Assembly: GCA_050331235.1 (NCBI GenBank) | Contig: JBHJHA010000024.1 | Coordinates: forward strand, 1 to 55,906 | Direction: 5' to 3' | Length of the DNA stretch: 55,906 bases | From: Leptolyngbyaceae cyanobacterium | GTDB taxonomy: Bacteria > Cyanobacteriota > Cyanobacteriia > Phormidesmidales > Phormidesmidaceae | Part shown: positions 9,951 through 19,932 of the stretch, one piece after another | How the letters are laid out: every line of letters starts with the position of its first letter | Position numbering within the stretch: the first letter of the stretch is position 1 | Position numbers and translations under genes: made by a program | Notes under the pieces: generated by a model | The model's database searches: none | What the model was told of the DNA's origin: nothing | What the model saw: only the letters and a program-made list of their open reading frames with translations

Positions 9951-10919
9951 ATGGTTAAGCTAATCATCCAGATTCCCTGTTACAACGAGGAAGCGACCCT
10001 CGGCATCACCCTCGCGGAACTGCCCACGAGCCTACCGGGTATTGATCAGGTGGAATGGCTAATCATTGATGATGGCAGTTGGGATCGCACAGCAGCGGTG
10101 GCGCGATCGCGGGGCGCCCACCACATTGTCCGGCTGCCCTACAATCAAGGCTTAGCGAGGGCCTTTATGGCAGGGGTTGAGGCTTCGGTGCGGGCAGGTG
10201 CTGACATCATCGTCAACACGGATGCTGACAATCAGTACAGCGCTGCGGATATTCCCCAGCTCATCATCCCCATTCTCAAGGGCGAGGCAGACATGGTGGT
10301 GGGGGCGCGCCCGATCCAAGACATTCCCCATTTTTCGCCATTAAAAAAACGCCTGCAGGGGCTGGGCAGCTGGGTGGTACGACTGGCCAGCAACACCAAA
10401 ATTCCCGATGCTCCTAGCGGGTTTCGGGCCTTTAGTCGCGAGGCGGCGCTGAAGTTCAACGTTTTCAACGAATATACCTACACTCTAGAGACCATCATCC
10501 AAACGGGCCAAAAGGGGATGAAGGTGACCTCCGTCCCCATTCGCACCAACGCTGACTTGCGCCCCTCTCGCCTGGTGAAAAGCATTCCGTCCTATGTGCA
10601 GCGATCGCTCTTCACCATTCTGCGCATTTTTATGACCTATCGTCCCCTGCGCTTCTTTTTGTTGGCGGGAACGGTGCCCTTTACCGCCGGTTTTTTGATC
10701 GGGGTGCGGTGGCTGATACTGTACTTTGGCGGTACCCCACGATCGCACGTGCCCAGTCTAATTTTGGCGGCGATTCTCATGCTGATGGGTTTTCAGCTAT
10801 GGATTTTGGGGTTCGTGGCCGATTTGCTCGCGGTAAATCGCAAAATTTTGGAAGAAAATCAGCTACATTTGCGTCGTTTGCACTGGACTCAGCCTTCGGA
10901 AAAATCCCATGAGCCGTGA
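9951..10919 (+). CDS. GT2 glycosyltransferase, polyprenol-phosphate glycosyltransferase (DPM/GtrB-like)
   Basis: IPCYNEE, IDDGS.D, TDADNQY, D..SGFRAFSR and two C-terminal TM helices. Confidence 0.9.
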   Translation: MVKLIIQIPCYNEEATLGITLAELPTSLPGIDQVEWLIIDDGSWDRTAAVARSRGAHHIVRLPYNQGLARAFMAGVEASVRAGADIIVNTDADNQYSAADIPQLIIPILKGEADMVVGARPIQDIPHFSPLKKRLQGLGSWVVRLASNTKIPDAPSGFRAFSREAALKFNVFNEYTYTLETIIQTGQKGMKVTSVPIRTNADLRPSRLVKSIPSYVQRSLFTILRIFMTYRPLRFFLLAGTVPFTAGFLIGVRWLILYFGGTPRSHVPSLILAAILMLMGFQLWILGFVADLLAVNRKILEENQLHLRRLHWTQPSEKSHEP

Positions 10920-12501
10920 CCTCTTCGCCCAATCAGCCCTCGCTGAAATTCCTAAGATTCTCACCCTGATGGATCGCAATCCCCACAGCCCCACCTACGG
11001 CTGCTGCGATCGCAATTTTTGGCAGTACAAAATCATTGATTTTCCCAGCGGCATGTCCCAAGAGTTCGTGTTGCCAATCGCGCTGGCCTATCAGCTGGAC
11101 TTGCCCAGCAATCCTTTTTATCAGCAGGCGGCGATGCGAGAGTGGGCGATCGCCGGTATGCGTTACGCCGCCCGCAGTGCCCATGCCGATGGTGCCTGTG
11201 ACGACTACTTTCCGTTCGAGCGAGCCAGCGGAGCCGCCGCCTTTACCCTTTACGCTTTTTTGGAAACCTACTGGCGGTTAGACCTACAAGATGAGGCCCT
11301 CCTGAGCTTTTTTGCCACCCGCGCCAACTGGCTCGCCCACCACCAAGAGACGGGACAACTCGCCAACCACGAAGCCCTGATTGTGCTTTGTCTACATTTG
11401 TTGGGAGCGGTGCAGCAGTCTGACCGCTGGGAAGCGCAAAAAGCACGTCGTCTAGAGCGACTGCTGAGCTGGCAAAGTGCTGAAGGCTGGTTTCAAGAAT
11501 ATGGCGGGTTTGATCCGGGTTATCACACCCTGACGATTTCTTGCCTGGCTCGGATTAATCAGCTGCAGCCTCGGGAAGACATCCAAAAAATTCTCATGCA
11601 GGCGGTAGACCTGGCGGCCCAGTTCGTTCACCCCGACGGCTCTTTTGGTGGGGAATATGGCAGCCGCAACACCTACAATTTCTTTCCCCACGGATTTGAG
11701 CTGGTGGGGCAGTGGTACGCACCAGCGCTGGGCGTGAACGATGCGTTTCTAAAAGGACTCGCCAACGGCAAACAGCCTTGCTACGCCGATGACCATATTG
11801 TGGGCCATCATACGTGGAACTATTTACTAGCCTGGCAAGACTTTATCGGCGATCGCCCCGCCACAAACCCGCCATCCCTCAGACAGCTCTGGCTCAAAGA
11901 AGCGGGCGTTCTGATTGATCGCCGGCCAGATACGGCCCTTTTCCTGGCCTTCAATAAAGGGGGCGTCTGCAAATTGTTTCGTCGCAACGAATTGGTTCTG
12001 TCTGACACGCAAATTTCTGTGCAGGTCCGGCAGGGATCGCAAGTCAAGAATGCCGTTGCCCACCTCGTTAGTGATTACGACGTTGAGGTGACGGACAACC
12101 AAATACAGATCCGGGGGCAGTTCGGCTGGGCGAAACAAACCCAAATGACCCCGCTGAAACTGCTGGTGCTACGCTGTGTGAACCTGACACTAGGTCGCTT
12201 TTCCCCCAATCTCGTACGCAGCCTTTTGCAGAAAATCCTAATCACGGGCAAACAGCCCGCTCCCTTTCAGTTTTTGCGGCAGTTCACCTGGCAAGATGGT
12301 CAGTGGCACATCACCGACGAACTCAAAGCCGACACCTGGAAAAATGTGGAATCAATTGGCATCAGTGGTCACCAAACCTCCATTTACGTGGTGGTGAGTC
12401 GTGTCTTTCAGTCCAGCCAGCTCCAGCCGTGGATCGACCTGAGCGATCGCATCTCATCCCTCTCCGACGGCGAAACCCTGACGGTCCACCGCACCTACTA
12501 A
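10909..12501 (+). CDS. Hypothetical soluble protein, heparinase II/III-like architecture inferred
   Basis: 530 aa, start overlaps the GT2 stop. Contains ANHE, WQ..EGWF.EY.G.D.GY and HPDG, with a helical N-half and beta-rich C-half. Confidence 0.65.
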   Translation: MSRDLFAQSALAEIPKILTLMDRNPHSPTYGCCDRNFWQYKIIDFPSGMSQEFVLPIALAYQLDLPSNPFYQQAAMREWAIAGMRYAARSAHADGACDDYFPFERASGAAAFTLYAFLETYWRLDLQDEALLSFFATRANWLAHHQETGQLANHEALIVLCLHLLGAVQQSDRWEAQKARRLERLLSWQSAEGWFQEYGGFDPGYHTLTISCLARINQLQPREDIQKILMQAVDLAAQFVHPDGSFGGEYGSRNTYNFFPHGFELVGQWYAPALGVNDAFLKGLANGKQPCYADDHIVGHHTWNYLLAWQDFIGDRPATNPPSLRQLWLKEAGVLIDRRPDTALFLAFNKGGVCKLFRRNELVLSDTQISVQVRQGSQVKNAVAHLVSDYDVEVTDNQIQIRGQFGWAKQTQMTPLKLLVLRCVNLTLGRFSPNLVRSLLQKILITGKQPAPFQFLRQFTWQDGQWHITDELKADTWKNVESIGISGHQTSIYVVVSRVFQSSQLQPWIDLSDRISSLSDGETLTVHRTY

Positions 12502-12555
12502 CCCCGTTCCTTCGACCCAGCACCCAGTACCTAATACCCCAACTCCCTCTCCTCC

Positions 12556-13509
12556 ATGAAGCGCCTCATTTCCATCGCCGTCAGTCTGCTGATTCTCGCG
12601 ATGCTCTATTGGAAAATTGAACTCGACAAGTTGATCGACGTCTTCAGAACTGCCGACTTAGCCTGGATGGTGGTCAGTCTAGCCATGGTAGTTCCGATTA
12701 CGCTATTCACCGCCAAGCGGCTGCAGTTTTTGATGCCGCCCCACAGCACCTTGACGTTTTTTGAAGCAAATCAGCTGATTTTGGCAGCCAGCTCTTTGAA
12801 TATGGTGCTACCTTCCAAAGCAGGGGACATCGCTAAGGCCTATTTCATGCGCGATCGCGGTCACTTGAGTGGGTCGCTGGCGCTGTCCCTGGTAGTCTTT
12901 GAAAAAGCCTGCGACATGCTGTCGCTACTGTTATGGTGCTTGTTTGGTCTGTGGCTTTATCCCCAAAAGGATGCGTTCTTCTGGTTGATGACAGTTGCCA
13001 TCTTTGCCGGCCTGGCGGGAGGCATCTTGCTGCTAGGCTCTACCCGATTTGCTAACCTCTTCTTCAATTTAGGACAGCAGCTTGCCCCCAAGAAAATTAA
13101 GCTGAAGTTCAAACAGCTTCAGGTAGCTTGGGGGGAAATGCACGCTTACTTTAGGCGCGATCGCCGCCAGCTATTGCGCGTTACGGGTATGTCGGTTTGG
13201 ATCTGGCTGCTGCATCTGCTGCAAATCTGGTTTTTCATCCTGGCGCTCAATGCCTGGGTGCCGTTCTTTACCAATCTGGCCCTCTCGCCCCTCGCCATTT
13301 TGGCAGGACTATTGCCGCTGACCTTTGCCGGTGTGGGAACGCGAGATGCCGCCTTGATTTATCTGTATGCGCCATACTTTGATGCCGCGACGGGAGCAGC
13401 CCTAGGGCTGCTCTGCACGTCTCGATATTTTTTGCCGGCCCTGGGGGGTCTCCCCTTTTTAGAGGAATATCTCAGGGTCGCCAGTTGGAAGCCCCGTCAG
13501 GAGAGGTAG
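12556..13509 (+). CDS. UPF0104 / LPG-synthase-TM flippase-like membrane protein
   Basis: Multiple TM helices; NMVLPSKAGD..KAY, VVFEK..D, LLPLTFAGVGTRD. Confidence 0.85.
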   Translation: MKRLISIAVSLLILAMLYWKIELDKLIDVFRTADLAWMVVSLAMVVPITLFTAKRLQFLMPPHSTLTFFEANQLILAASSLNMVLPSKAGDIAKAYFMRDRGHLSGSLALSLVVFEKACDMLSLLLWCLFGLWLYPQKDAFFWLMTVAIFAGLAGGILLLGSTRFANLFFNLGQQLAPKKIKLKFKQLQVAWGEMHAYFRRDRRQLLRVTGMSVWIWLLHLLQIWFFILALNAWVPFFTNLALSPLAILAGLLPLTFAGVGTRDAALIYLYAPYFDAATGAALGLLCTSRYFLPALGGLPFLEEYLRVASWKPRQER

Positions 13510-13537
13510 GTCCACCGCCCAAGCGATCGCCGCCATT

Positions 13538-15343
13538 ATGTCTCAATCGCTGTCATCACCAACAACATTTCTCCATACGCTATTTGCCTCATCGGCCCAG
13601 CGATATCGCTGGCTATGGCTGGGGGTGACCCTCGCGATCGCCGCAGGCTATGGGGGACTGGCCCTCCAACAGGCCTTTGCCAGTGACTACGTCGTGCAGG
13701 ATGATGCTCGGCAGCACATTTTTTGGATGCAGCGACTGGTTGATCCGGCAACCTTTCCCCATGACTGGATCGCCGATTACATTCAAAGCGTTGCGCCCCC
13801 TGGCTATCAATTTCTCTATCGAATTGCCGCAGCTCTAGGCATTTCGCCCAGTCTCTTTAGCAAGGTGCTACCGCTGTTTTTGGGCTTGCTTACGGCGGGA
13901 CTCGCGTACGAAATTTCGTGGACCCTATTACCCGTGCCGTTCGGGGGCTTTATCGCCGCGGTCAGCTTTAGCCAAAGTATTTGGTACTCCAGCGAACATG
14001 CGTCGGCCACACCTCGGGCCTTTCTCTATCCACTGCTGCTGGCGTTTATTTATTTCGCGCTGCGACAACAGCGGCTGCTATCTCTGATTAGCTTGATTTT
14101 CCAAGCATTGTTTTATCCGCAGATAGCGCTCATCTGCTTAGGCGTCTGGGCGCTCAGTCTCATTCACTGGCGATCCGGACGACTGAGTTTGCCCCCAGAT
14201 CGCATCGCCTACGGTTTGTTTGCCCTCGGGTTTGGTTTGGTAGCGGGTATTGTTCTCTTATCCCAGGGACAGACCGACTTTGGCGCAGTCGTCACGCGGG
14301 CGGAGGCGATCGCCCTCCCCGAATTTCAAACCAACGGCCGCAATGACTTTTTTGGCGAGGGTTTGGAGTTTTGGCTCAATGGACGCGGGGGGCTGTTTCA
14401 CGAACGGGGTTTTACCCCCGCCACGCTGCTCTCGGGAATGCTACTGCCAGGGCTCCTTTCGCTGCCGATCAAAAGTCGTTGGCGATCGCAGATCACTCCC
14501 CAGATTTGGCTCTTATTCCGAGTATTGCTCGCCTCCCTGGGGTTATTCACCTTAGCCCATTTAATGCTGTTTCGCCTGCACTTACCGAGCCGCTACACCA
14601 GTCATACCATTCGGGCCATTTTGGGTCTCACCTGCGGCGTGAGCTGGCTCATAATCTTAGACGACCTGAGTCAGGTCATGGCCCGGTGTTGGCGGCGATC
14701 GCCTCCTGGTCCCGACAGGCACCACCACCGGTCAGACCGGCTTCGAGAAAGGGGGTTTGTTGCCTTCGCGATCGCCCTAACGCTGTGGGTCTTGGCCTAT
14801 CCAACGGTGTTTCTGCCCAATTTCCCCAAGGTGGGCTATTACGATTTCGCCCCCCAGGCCAAGCTCTATGAATATCTGGCGGCCCAGCCACCAGAGAGCC
14901 TCACTGCTACGCTATCGGTCGAAGCAGGCAACATTCCCAGCTTGGCGCAGCGGCCAGTTTTAGTCTCTGCAGAACACGCGATCGCCTACCACAAAGGATA
15001 TTACGCTGAGTTTCGCGAGCGGGCCGAGTCGTTGATTGCCGCCCAATACACCGCCCAACCAACAGTCCTGTCAAAGTTTATTCGTCGCTACGGTATCGAC
15101 TTTTGGCTACTAGATAACCATGCCTTTGAGCCGAGCTATATCAGCGGCAATGACTGGCTCAGACAATATCAGCCCATAGCGAACACAGCCATTCAGCAAC
15201 TGGAGCAAGGAACGCCACCGCTGCTTTCTCAAATCATCCCGCTGTGTAGCGTTGCTAGCAACGCTACCTGGACGCTTCTAGACGCCGCCTGTATCCAAAC
15301 CTGGGTCGAAAAGCAAGGCGATCGCGTCCCCAAAAGCTCTTGA
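13538..15343 (+). CDS. Polytopic membrane protein, putative GT-C-fold glycosyltransferase
   Basis: TM1 followed by an acidic QDDARQH loop, about 10 or more TM helices and a soluble C-terminal domain. Confidence 0.65.
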   Translation: MSQSLSSPTTFLHTLFASSAQRYRWLWLGVTLAIAAGYGGLALQQAFASDYVVQDDARQHIFWMQRLVDPATFPHDWIADYIQSVAPPGYQFLYRIAAALGISPSLFSKVLPLFLGLLTAGLAYEISWTLLPVPFGGFIAAVSFSQSIWYSSEHASATPRAFLYPLLLAFIYFALRQQRLLSLISLIFQALFYPQIALICLGVWALSLIHWRSGRLSLPPDRIAYGLFALGFGLVAGIVLLSQGQTDFGAVVTRAEAIALPEFQTNGRNDFFGEGLEFWLNGRGGLFHERGFTPATLLSGMLLPGLLSLPIKSRWRSQITPQIWLLFRVLLASLGLFTLAHLMLFRLHLPSRYTSHTIRAILGLTCGVSWLIILDDLSQVMARCWRRSPPGPDRHHHRSDRLRERGFVAFAIALTLWVLAYPTVFLPNFPKVGYYDFAPQAKLYEYLAAQPPESLTATLSVEAGNIPSLAQRPVLVSAEHAIAYHKGYYAEFRERAESLIAAQYTAQPTVLSKFIRRYGIDFWLLDNHAFEPSYISGNDWLRQYQPIANTAIQQLEQGTPPLLSQIIPLCSVASNATWTLLDAACIQTWVEKQGDRVPKSS

Positions 15344-15518
15344 AGCGTAGCGGGCGGACAAGTGCCGAGTTCAAAATGTAGACAAGGAGCCGCCACAAGC
15401 GAGCCGGCGATCGCATGGGTACAAACTTCATTACAGTTCCTGATATCGCTAGGGCTGCTCGGCGACAGCAACCCGAACGAATGAACCCAGGGCATTATCC
15501 TACTCCCGCTTGTGCCGC

Positions 15519-15788
15519 TTAGAGGACTTGGTTCCAGGCGTAGAGTTCGTAGTCTGTCCAAATGCCATTTTGCCAATAGGGGTCGCCTTCAATCAGCTTT
15601 TGAACGGTGGTGCGATCGTCCGCTTCGTAAATGCCAAAGACCTTAGTGTTATCCATCGTTGGTCCCAAGGTAACTAAAATACCGCTCTTCTTTTGGGCAG
15701 CTAGCCCAGTCAAATGATCAGCTCGGTAGGGAGTCCGCTTTTCCAAAGCATCTTTGCAGTAGCTGCCCCACATGACAAATTTCGCCAT
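15519..15788 (-). CDS. YciI family protein
   Basis: R.PYR..HL..L, LGPT, DPYW..GIW..Y....W. Confidence 0.85.
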   Translation of the reverse strand: MAKFVMWGSYCKDALEKRTPYRADHLTGLAAQKKSGILVTLGPTMDNTKVFGIYEADDRTTVQKLIEGDPYWQNGIWTDYELYAWNQVL

Positions 15789-15809
15789 TGCTTTTCCTGG
15801 TTAATCGGT

Positions 15810-16322
15810 CTATACGATTTCAAATTCTACGCGGAAGCGCGATCGCACATTACAGGTCTGGTGATCAACCACGTTAGTATCACTCAGCTCCAGGTTGTAA
15901 AAATTCACCACTGGCGGGTCAAACAGCGGCCCAGCATGCCACGTACCCACATGCAGTTTGATGAAGCAGTCACCGGGAATGTGAAACGCTTGGATCGTCT
16001 CTGGTGCCGGATGATCTGCCTCCCCAGGGGGAGCCACAGCCATTAGCCAATCCGCCCCAGCCAACGCCCCCAAACATTGGGTACAGCGAAGATGGCGCGT
16101 GATTTTGTCAAATCGCCGCCCCCGCGTCTCTAACCGCATAATGTAAAACCGAGGAATGCCCGCATCGAGCTGAAGTTGCGCGTCGTCTGGGCCAAAGGGG
16201 GTGCCATCCGGCGAGGGCAAGATAACTTGGCCAAAGGGCGCAAATGCCTCTAGGGTAATCGGCTGGGCTGGGAGCGATATCAGCGTGGCGGAGCTTGGCG
16301 ACATACACACAGCATGATTCAA
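15810..16322 (-). CDS. Ureidoglycolate lyase family protein
   Basis: QPIT.EAFAPFGQVI, ITRH...TQ, GTWHAGP. Start could be 16304. Confidence 0.8.
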   Translation of the reverse strand: MNHAVCMSPSSATLISLPAQPITLEAFAPFGQVILPSPDGTPFGPDDAQLQLDAGIPRFYIMRLETRGRRFDKITRHLRCTQCLGALAGADWLMAVAPPGEADHPAPETIQAFHIPGDCFIKLHVGTWHAGPLFDPPVVNFYNLELSDTNVVDHQTCNVRSRFRVEFEIV

Positions 16323-16328
16323 CTGTCC

Positions 16329-18974
16329 CTAATTTATCGTCTCTGGGTCGGGCAAGACAGTGCTGTTGGTTTCAGTTTCCCAATAGCGATAGTAGCGGCG
16401 CCATTCATCCAACAGTTCCCCCGTCCACAGCCAGTTATTTTGTCCCGGGGCAGACTCATCAACAATGCCGAGATTTTGCGGGGCCATCCAGTTCAGTTCA
16501 TCCAGCGCTTGGAGACGGCGAAAATATTCTTGGGCGATCGCCCGCTGCAAATCCGCCTCAGCATTCAAGATTCCCTGGTCGGTCTCGCTGGCAGTGCTGA
16601 GTCCTGGATCTTCTTCAAGACCGGCTAGATTCATGTTGCCGAGCCGTGTGTGAGCCATGACCAAACCGGCGTAGGCTTCTAAAACAGCGGGATCAGCCAG
16701 GGTATTGCTCGCCGGATCCGGCTGGCGCTGACGTTGCTCGTCATAAAGGGTCAGCGCCGCCTCCCAGTTGGCGATCGCACGATCCCAATCGCCTTCGTAG
16801 TATGCCGCAAATCCCCTGGCAATCCGCCCATCCATAAACGTATCGTCAGTTTGCGCCCAGGCATTGCGGGCCTGCTCAGCAAAGGTCCGCTGGTTGAAGC
16901 GACTGTCAAAATCTTGGGGATCAGCCTCTAACAAGGCAATCTCTTGCCAAGCAATGCGCCCTTTGACGTACAGCAAGTCGGACTGGTCAGCATCGCGCAC
17001 CCAGGGCCAAATGGCATCAGTCACGTCAGAGGGCGCGGCTTTCTCCATCAGGGCTTGGGTCAACGCCAGCTCAAAATCTTCGCGAGCGTCGGCATAGCGA
17101 TCGCCTTTAATGGCCGTTTCGGCTTGGCGGATTAGGGTCGCCACAGCAGGATCTGCCGGCTGGGGTGCCATACCAGGAAGTGTGACATCCGCTTCACTCA
17201 CAATAGAGCTCGTCCGAGGACCTAAGCCGGCCCAGCGCAACGCCGCCAAACTTAACCCGGTCATCCCAACGAGGCCAATCAGCCCCAAAGCAAACCACAC
17301 CAGCAGCGGCGGCGCGATCGCTCGCTGCTGGCGTTTACCGCTGTAAAGTGGCTTGATCTGCCTGGTCCCGATGGCAGCATCTGGCGCCCCGGTCGAAGCT
17401 GGCGAAGCTGCTCCCTGAGCAGACGGTGTAGAGACCTCTGGCAGGCGATCGTAGATAGTCATGCCAGAGCGCTGGGGCGCCTCATCGGTCAGCACTTCAT
17501 CCGCCCCCGCCGGTAGTGGGGGCTCATCAGGCTCTAGCGCAGTGTGGGATAGCTGCTGCACATAGGATGACAACAATTCGTCATCCGTAGGTCCAGGGAC
17601 AGCGGTCTGCTCCAGCTGATTGAGGAAAGTGGCGGTTGCCCCCGTGACGGCCATCTCCTCGGCGGCAGCGTGTGCAGACTCCCCATCAGCCTGCACCACA
17701 CTGGTGGCAGCAACATTCGGAGCGTCAGGCACACTAGACGATTCACCGGTCATCTCACCGGTCATCGGCGCAACCGCATGCAGCGGTGTCGGATTAGTGT
17801 CCCCAAGGACATCGGGATGCAGTTGATTATCGGCTTCGCGATCGCGCTTGGTCAGGTATCCATCAAAATCCGGGTGCAAATACAAAATCGGCAAGGCCCA
17901 ATAGGACTGGTCTGAGCCAAAGCCAGAAATGAGGCCCTGACGGGTACGACTTAGGCTGACATCAATGGGAAAGCCCTGGCGTAAATTGTGATAAAACAGC
18001 TGCGTGAAGGCGATCGCTACGTCATCGGGAATGCGCTCGGCCATAGCCACCACGCTGGGTACCCCGCGATTAACCAGTGCCTGCACAAGATTTTGTTGTC
18101 GCCAATCGACCTCAGCATCATCGTTAGCCGTATGGCCGCTACGACAAGAGTTGAAAATCGTTAGCGCCACTTGGTTATTCACCAGGAGTCCGGCCAAATC
18201 ATCCCCCGACAGGCGCTCAGTTAAGCCAGTCTGACGATTAACCAAAGATAAATCGCCGCCATTTTGGCCAAAGTCGCTGTGACCGGCGTAGTGCAAAATT
18301 TGATAGCTTCCCTGCTCCAGCTTCTGTGCCAGTTGGCTACGATCCGGCTGTTCCAAAATGTCCATCTGGATGGGGGACGGCTGCTCAGGGGTTCCTGTCA
18401 AAATCGCTTGAATCTGCCGCACTTCTTTGAGCAGTTGGAGATGGTCCTGATCCTGCGGGCTGGCAATTACCATCAACACTTGAATCGAAGCGGGCGCTGC
18501 TGGGGTTTGGAGCTCAGCAGCTTGCTCCACTAACAGGTTGGCTGCATAGCGGGCAAAGGTCTGATTGCCCCGAGTAGTGATGGGCTGTTGACCGTGGCGC
18601 AAAACTTCCCACGGGAGCCGCTGCAAACGACTGTCTTTGAGCCCCAGCCGCAACCGCAAGATTTCATTCCGGTTCTGGGCAATCCCTTGAGCCCGCAGCC
18701 AGCTTTCGCGAATGGCCTCATTTTGAAATAGGGCTTGGTAGAGCTGACTGCCTAGCTCATGTAGGGCACTGGTGCGATCGCCGAGATGTAGCGTGCCCTG
18801 TAGCAATCCGGCCACCGGATCAGCCATTGCGGGTTGCGCCAGCTGCAGCCACTGATCAACAGGCCAGTCAACCTGGGCCTCCGCCACTGGTACTCCTGCC
18901 GCAGTATCTTCCGTACGAATGAGATAGCGATCGCTACCCAGTGCAGTAATCGATAGATGAAATTCTTGAGTCAC
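16329..18974 (-). CDS. hetF: HetF-like CHAT (caspase-family) protease with TM helix and C-terminal TPR-like region
   Basis: N-terminus MTQEFHLSIT...YLIRTE...GVP.AE..V.WPV..WL matches HetF. Contains LPWE, catalytic HYAGHS and FNSC, WALPILY and one TM. Confidence 0.85.
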   Translation of the reverse strand: MTQEFHLSITALGSDRYLIRTEDTAAGVPVAEAQVDWPVDQWLQLAQPAMADPVAGLLQGTLHLGDRTSALHELGSQLYQALFQNEAIRESWLRAQGIAQNRNEILRLRLGLKDSRLQRLPWEVLRHGQQPITTRGNQTFARYAANLLVEQAAELQTPAAPASIQVLMVIASPQDQDHLQLLKEVRQIQAILTGTPEQPSPIQMDILEQPDRSQLAQKLEQGSYQILHYAGHSDFGQNGGDLSLVNRQTGLTERLSGDDLAGLLVNNQVALTIFNSCRSGHTANDDAEVDWRQQNLVQALVNRGVPSVVAMAERIPDDVAIAFTQLFYHNLRQGFPIDVSLSRTRQGLISGFGSDQSYWALPILYLHPDFDGYLTKRDREADNQLHPDVLGDTNPTPLHAVAPMTGEMTGESSSVPDAPNVAATSVVQADGESAHAAAEEMAVTGATATFLNQLEQTAVPGPTDDELLSSYVQQLSHTALEPDEPPLPAGADEVLTDEAPQRSGMTIYDRLPEVSTPSAQGAASPASTGAPDAAIGTRQIKPLYSGKRQQRAIAPPLLVWFALGLIGLVGMTGLSLAALRWAGLGPRTSSIVSEADVTLPGMAPQPADPAVATLIRQAETAIKGDRYADAREDFELALTQALMEKAAPSDVTDAIWPWVRDADQSDLLYVKGRIAWQEIALLEADPQDFDSRFNQRTFAEQARNAWAQTDDTFMDGRIARGFAAYYEGDWDRAIANWEAALTLYDEQRQRQPDPASNTLADPAVLEAYAGLVMAHTRLGNMNLAGLEEDPGLSTASETDQGILNAEADLQRAIAQEYFRRLQALDELNWMAPQNLGIVDESAPGQNNWLWTGELLDEWRRYYRYWETETNSTVLPDPETIN

Positions 18975-19166
18975 GACGGAGGCTTTTCAACAGGACTATC
19001 TAAGCAGTACCCACATTAGACAGATACCGTTAACTTCTTTCAGGTTAGATCACGAATTTCTTGATGTTGAGAGGGGTGTGGACAGGTATTCCGATTGGAT
19101 TTCACGGGGCATAGCCAGCTTTTGCCATTCCTACTTTTTTCTGTGGTGGGAGATAGGTCGTCCGGC

Positions 19167-19805
19167 TCAACCGGCGATCGCCTGGGAGCAAAATTGCTGA
19201 ATTTCCCGCAACACCAGTGGAGAAATTTCATGGCCCATATCATATTCCTGATAAGTCAAGTCAACGGCTTTGGCCTGCAAGGTAGTCTGGGTTTGGCGAG
19301 CCCGGCCAATGGGGACCACCGCATCCTGCCGACCATGAACCACCAGCATTGCTCCCAAGTCCGGATGAGGGCTCGGTTCACTATGCAAATATCCGCTCAG
19401 CACCAAGGCCCCAGCCAGAGGTAACTGAAGGCCGACATCTAAGGTCATAGCGCCGCCCTGGGAAAATCCTACAATGACAGTTTTGTTCAAGGGAATGCCC
19501 GTTTCTTCGCTGACCTTGACCAGCCACTGTTTAAGTAACTGACGGCTTTTTTGCAAATCAGCTTGAGTCGTAAAGTCATGATCGCGCTGAAAGTCATAGC
19601 CGACTGGAAAGCCATACCACATATATCCCGACGGATTATATGGATGGGGAAAAGGCGCATTGGGAAACAGCATTTTGAATCCCTTGAGGGGTAAATAGTC
19701 GGCGATCGCCGCCAAATCCTCAGCATTGGCCCCCCAGCCGTGTAACCCAATCAACAGCTTATCGGCAGCCTCATCGGCAACCTTCGCGATCGCGCTCAGT
19801 ACCAT
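19167..19805 (-). CDS. Alpha/beta hydrolase (phospholipase/carboxylesterase family)
   Basis: LHGWG, GFSQGG nucleophile elbow, HG.QD.VV, MGHEI. Likely start is 19805. Confidence 0.9.
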   Translation of the reverse strand: MVLSAIAKVADEAADKLLIGLHGWGANAEDLAAIADYLPLKGFKMLFPNAPFPHPYNPSGYMWYGFPVGYDFQRDHDFTTQADLQKSRQLLKQWLVKVSEETGIPLNKTVIVGFSQGGAMTLDVGLQLPLAGALVLSGYLHSEPSPHPDLGAMLVVHGRQDAVVPIGRARQTQTTLQAKAVDLTYQEYDMGHEISPLVLREIQQFCSQAIAG

Positions 19806-19932
19806 ACATTTAGTCCTGTTAGTGCTGTCCCTGATTTTACCGCTGACACCATCCGCTAAATCCCCGCTCCGCTGTAGGCTATCCACCCCACACCTCGCTA
19901 TAGTGAAATGTGCACAAAAAGGGGATCAGACT

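Noticed and set aside
19726..19932. N-terminal extensions of purH and the alpha/beta hydrolase in the ORF track
   Set aside because: They overlap each other divergently; the conserved starts are at 19933 and 19805.
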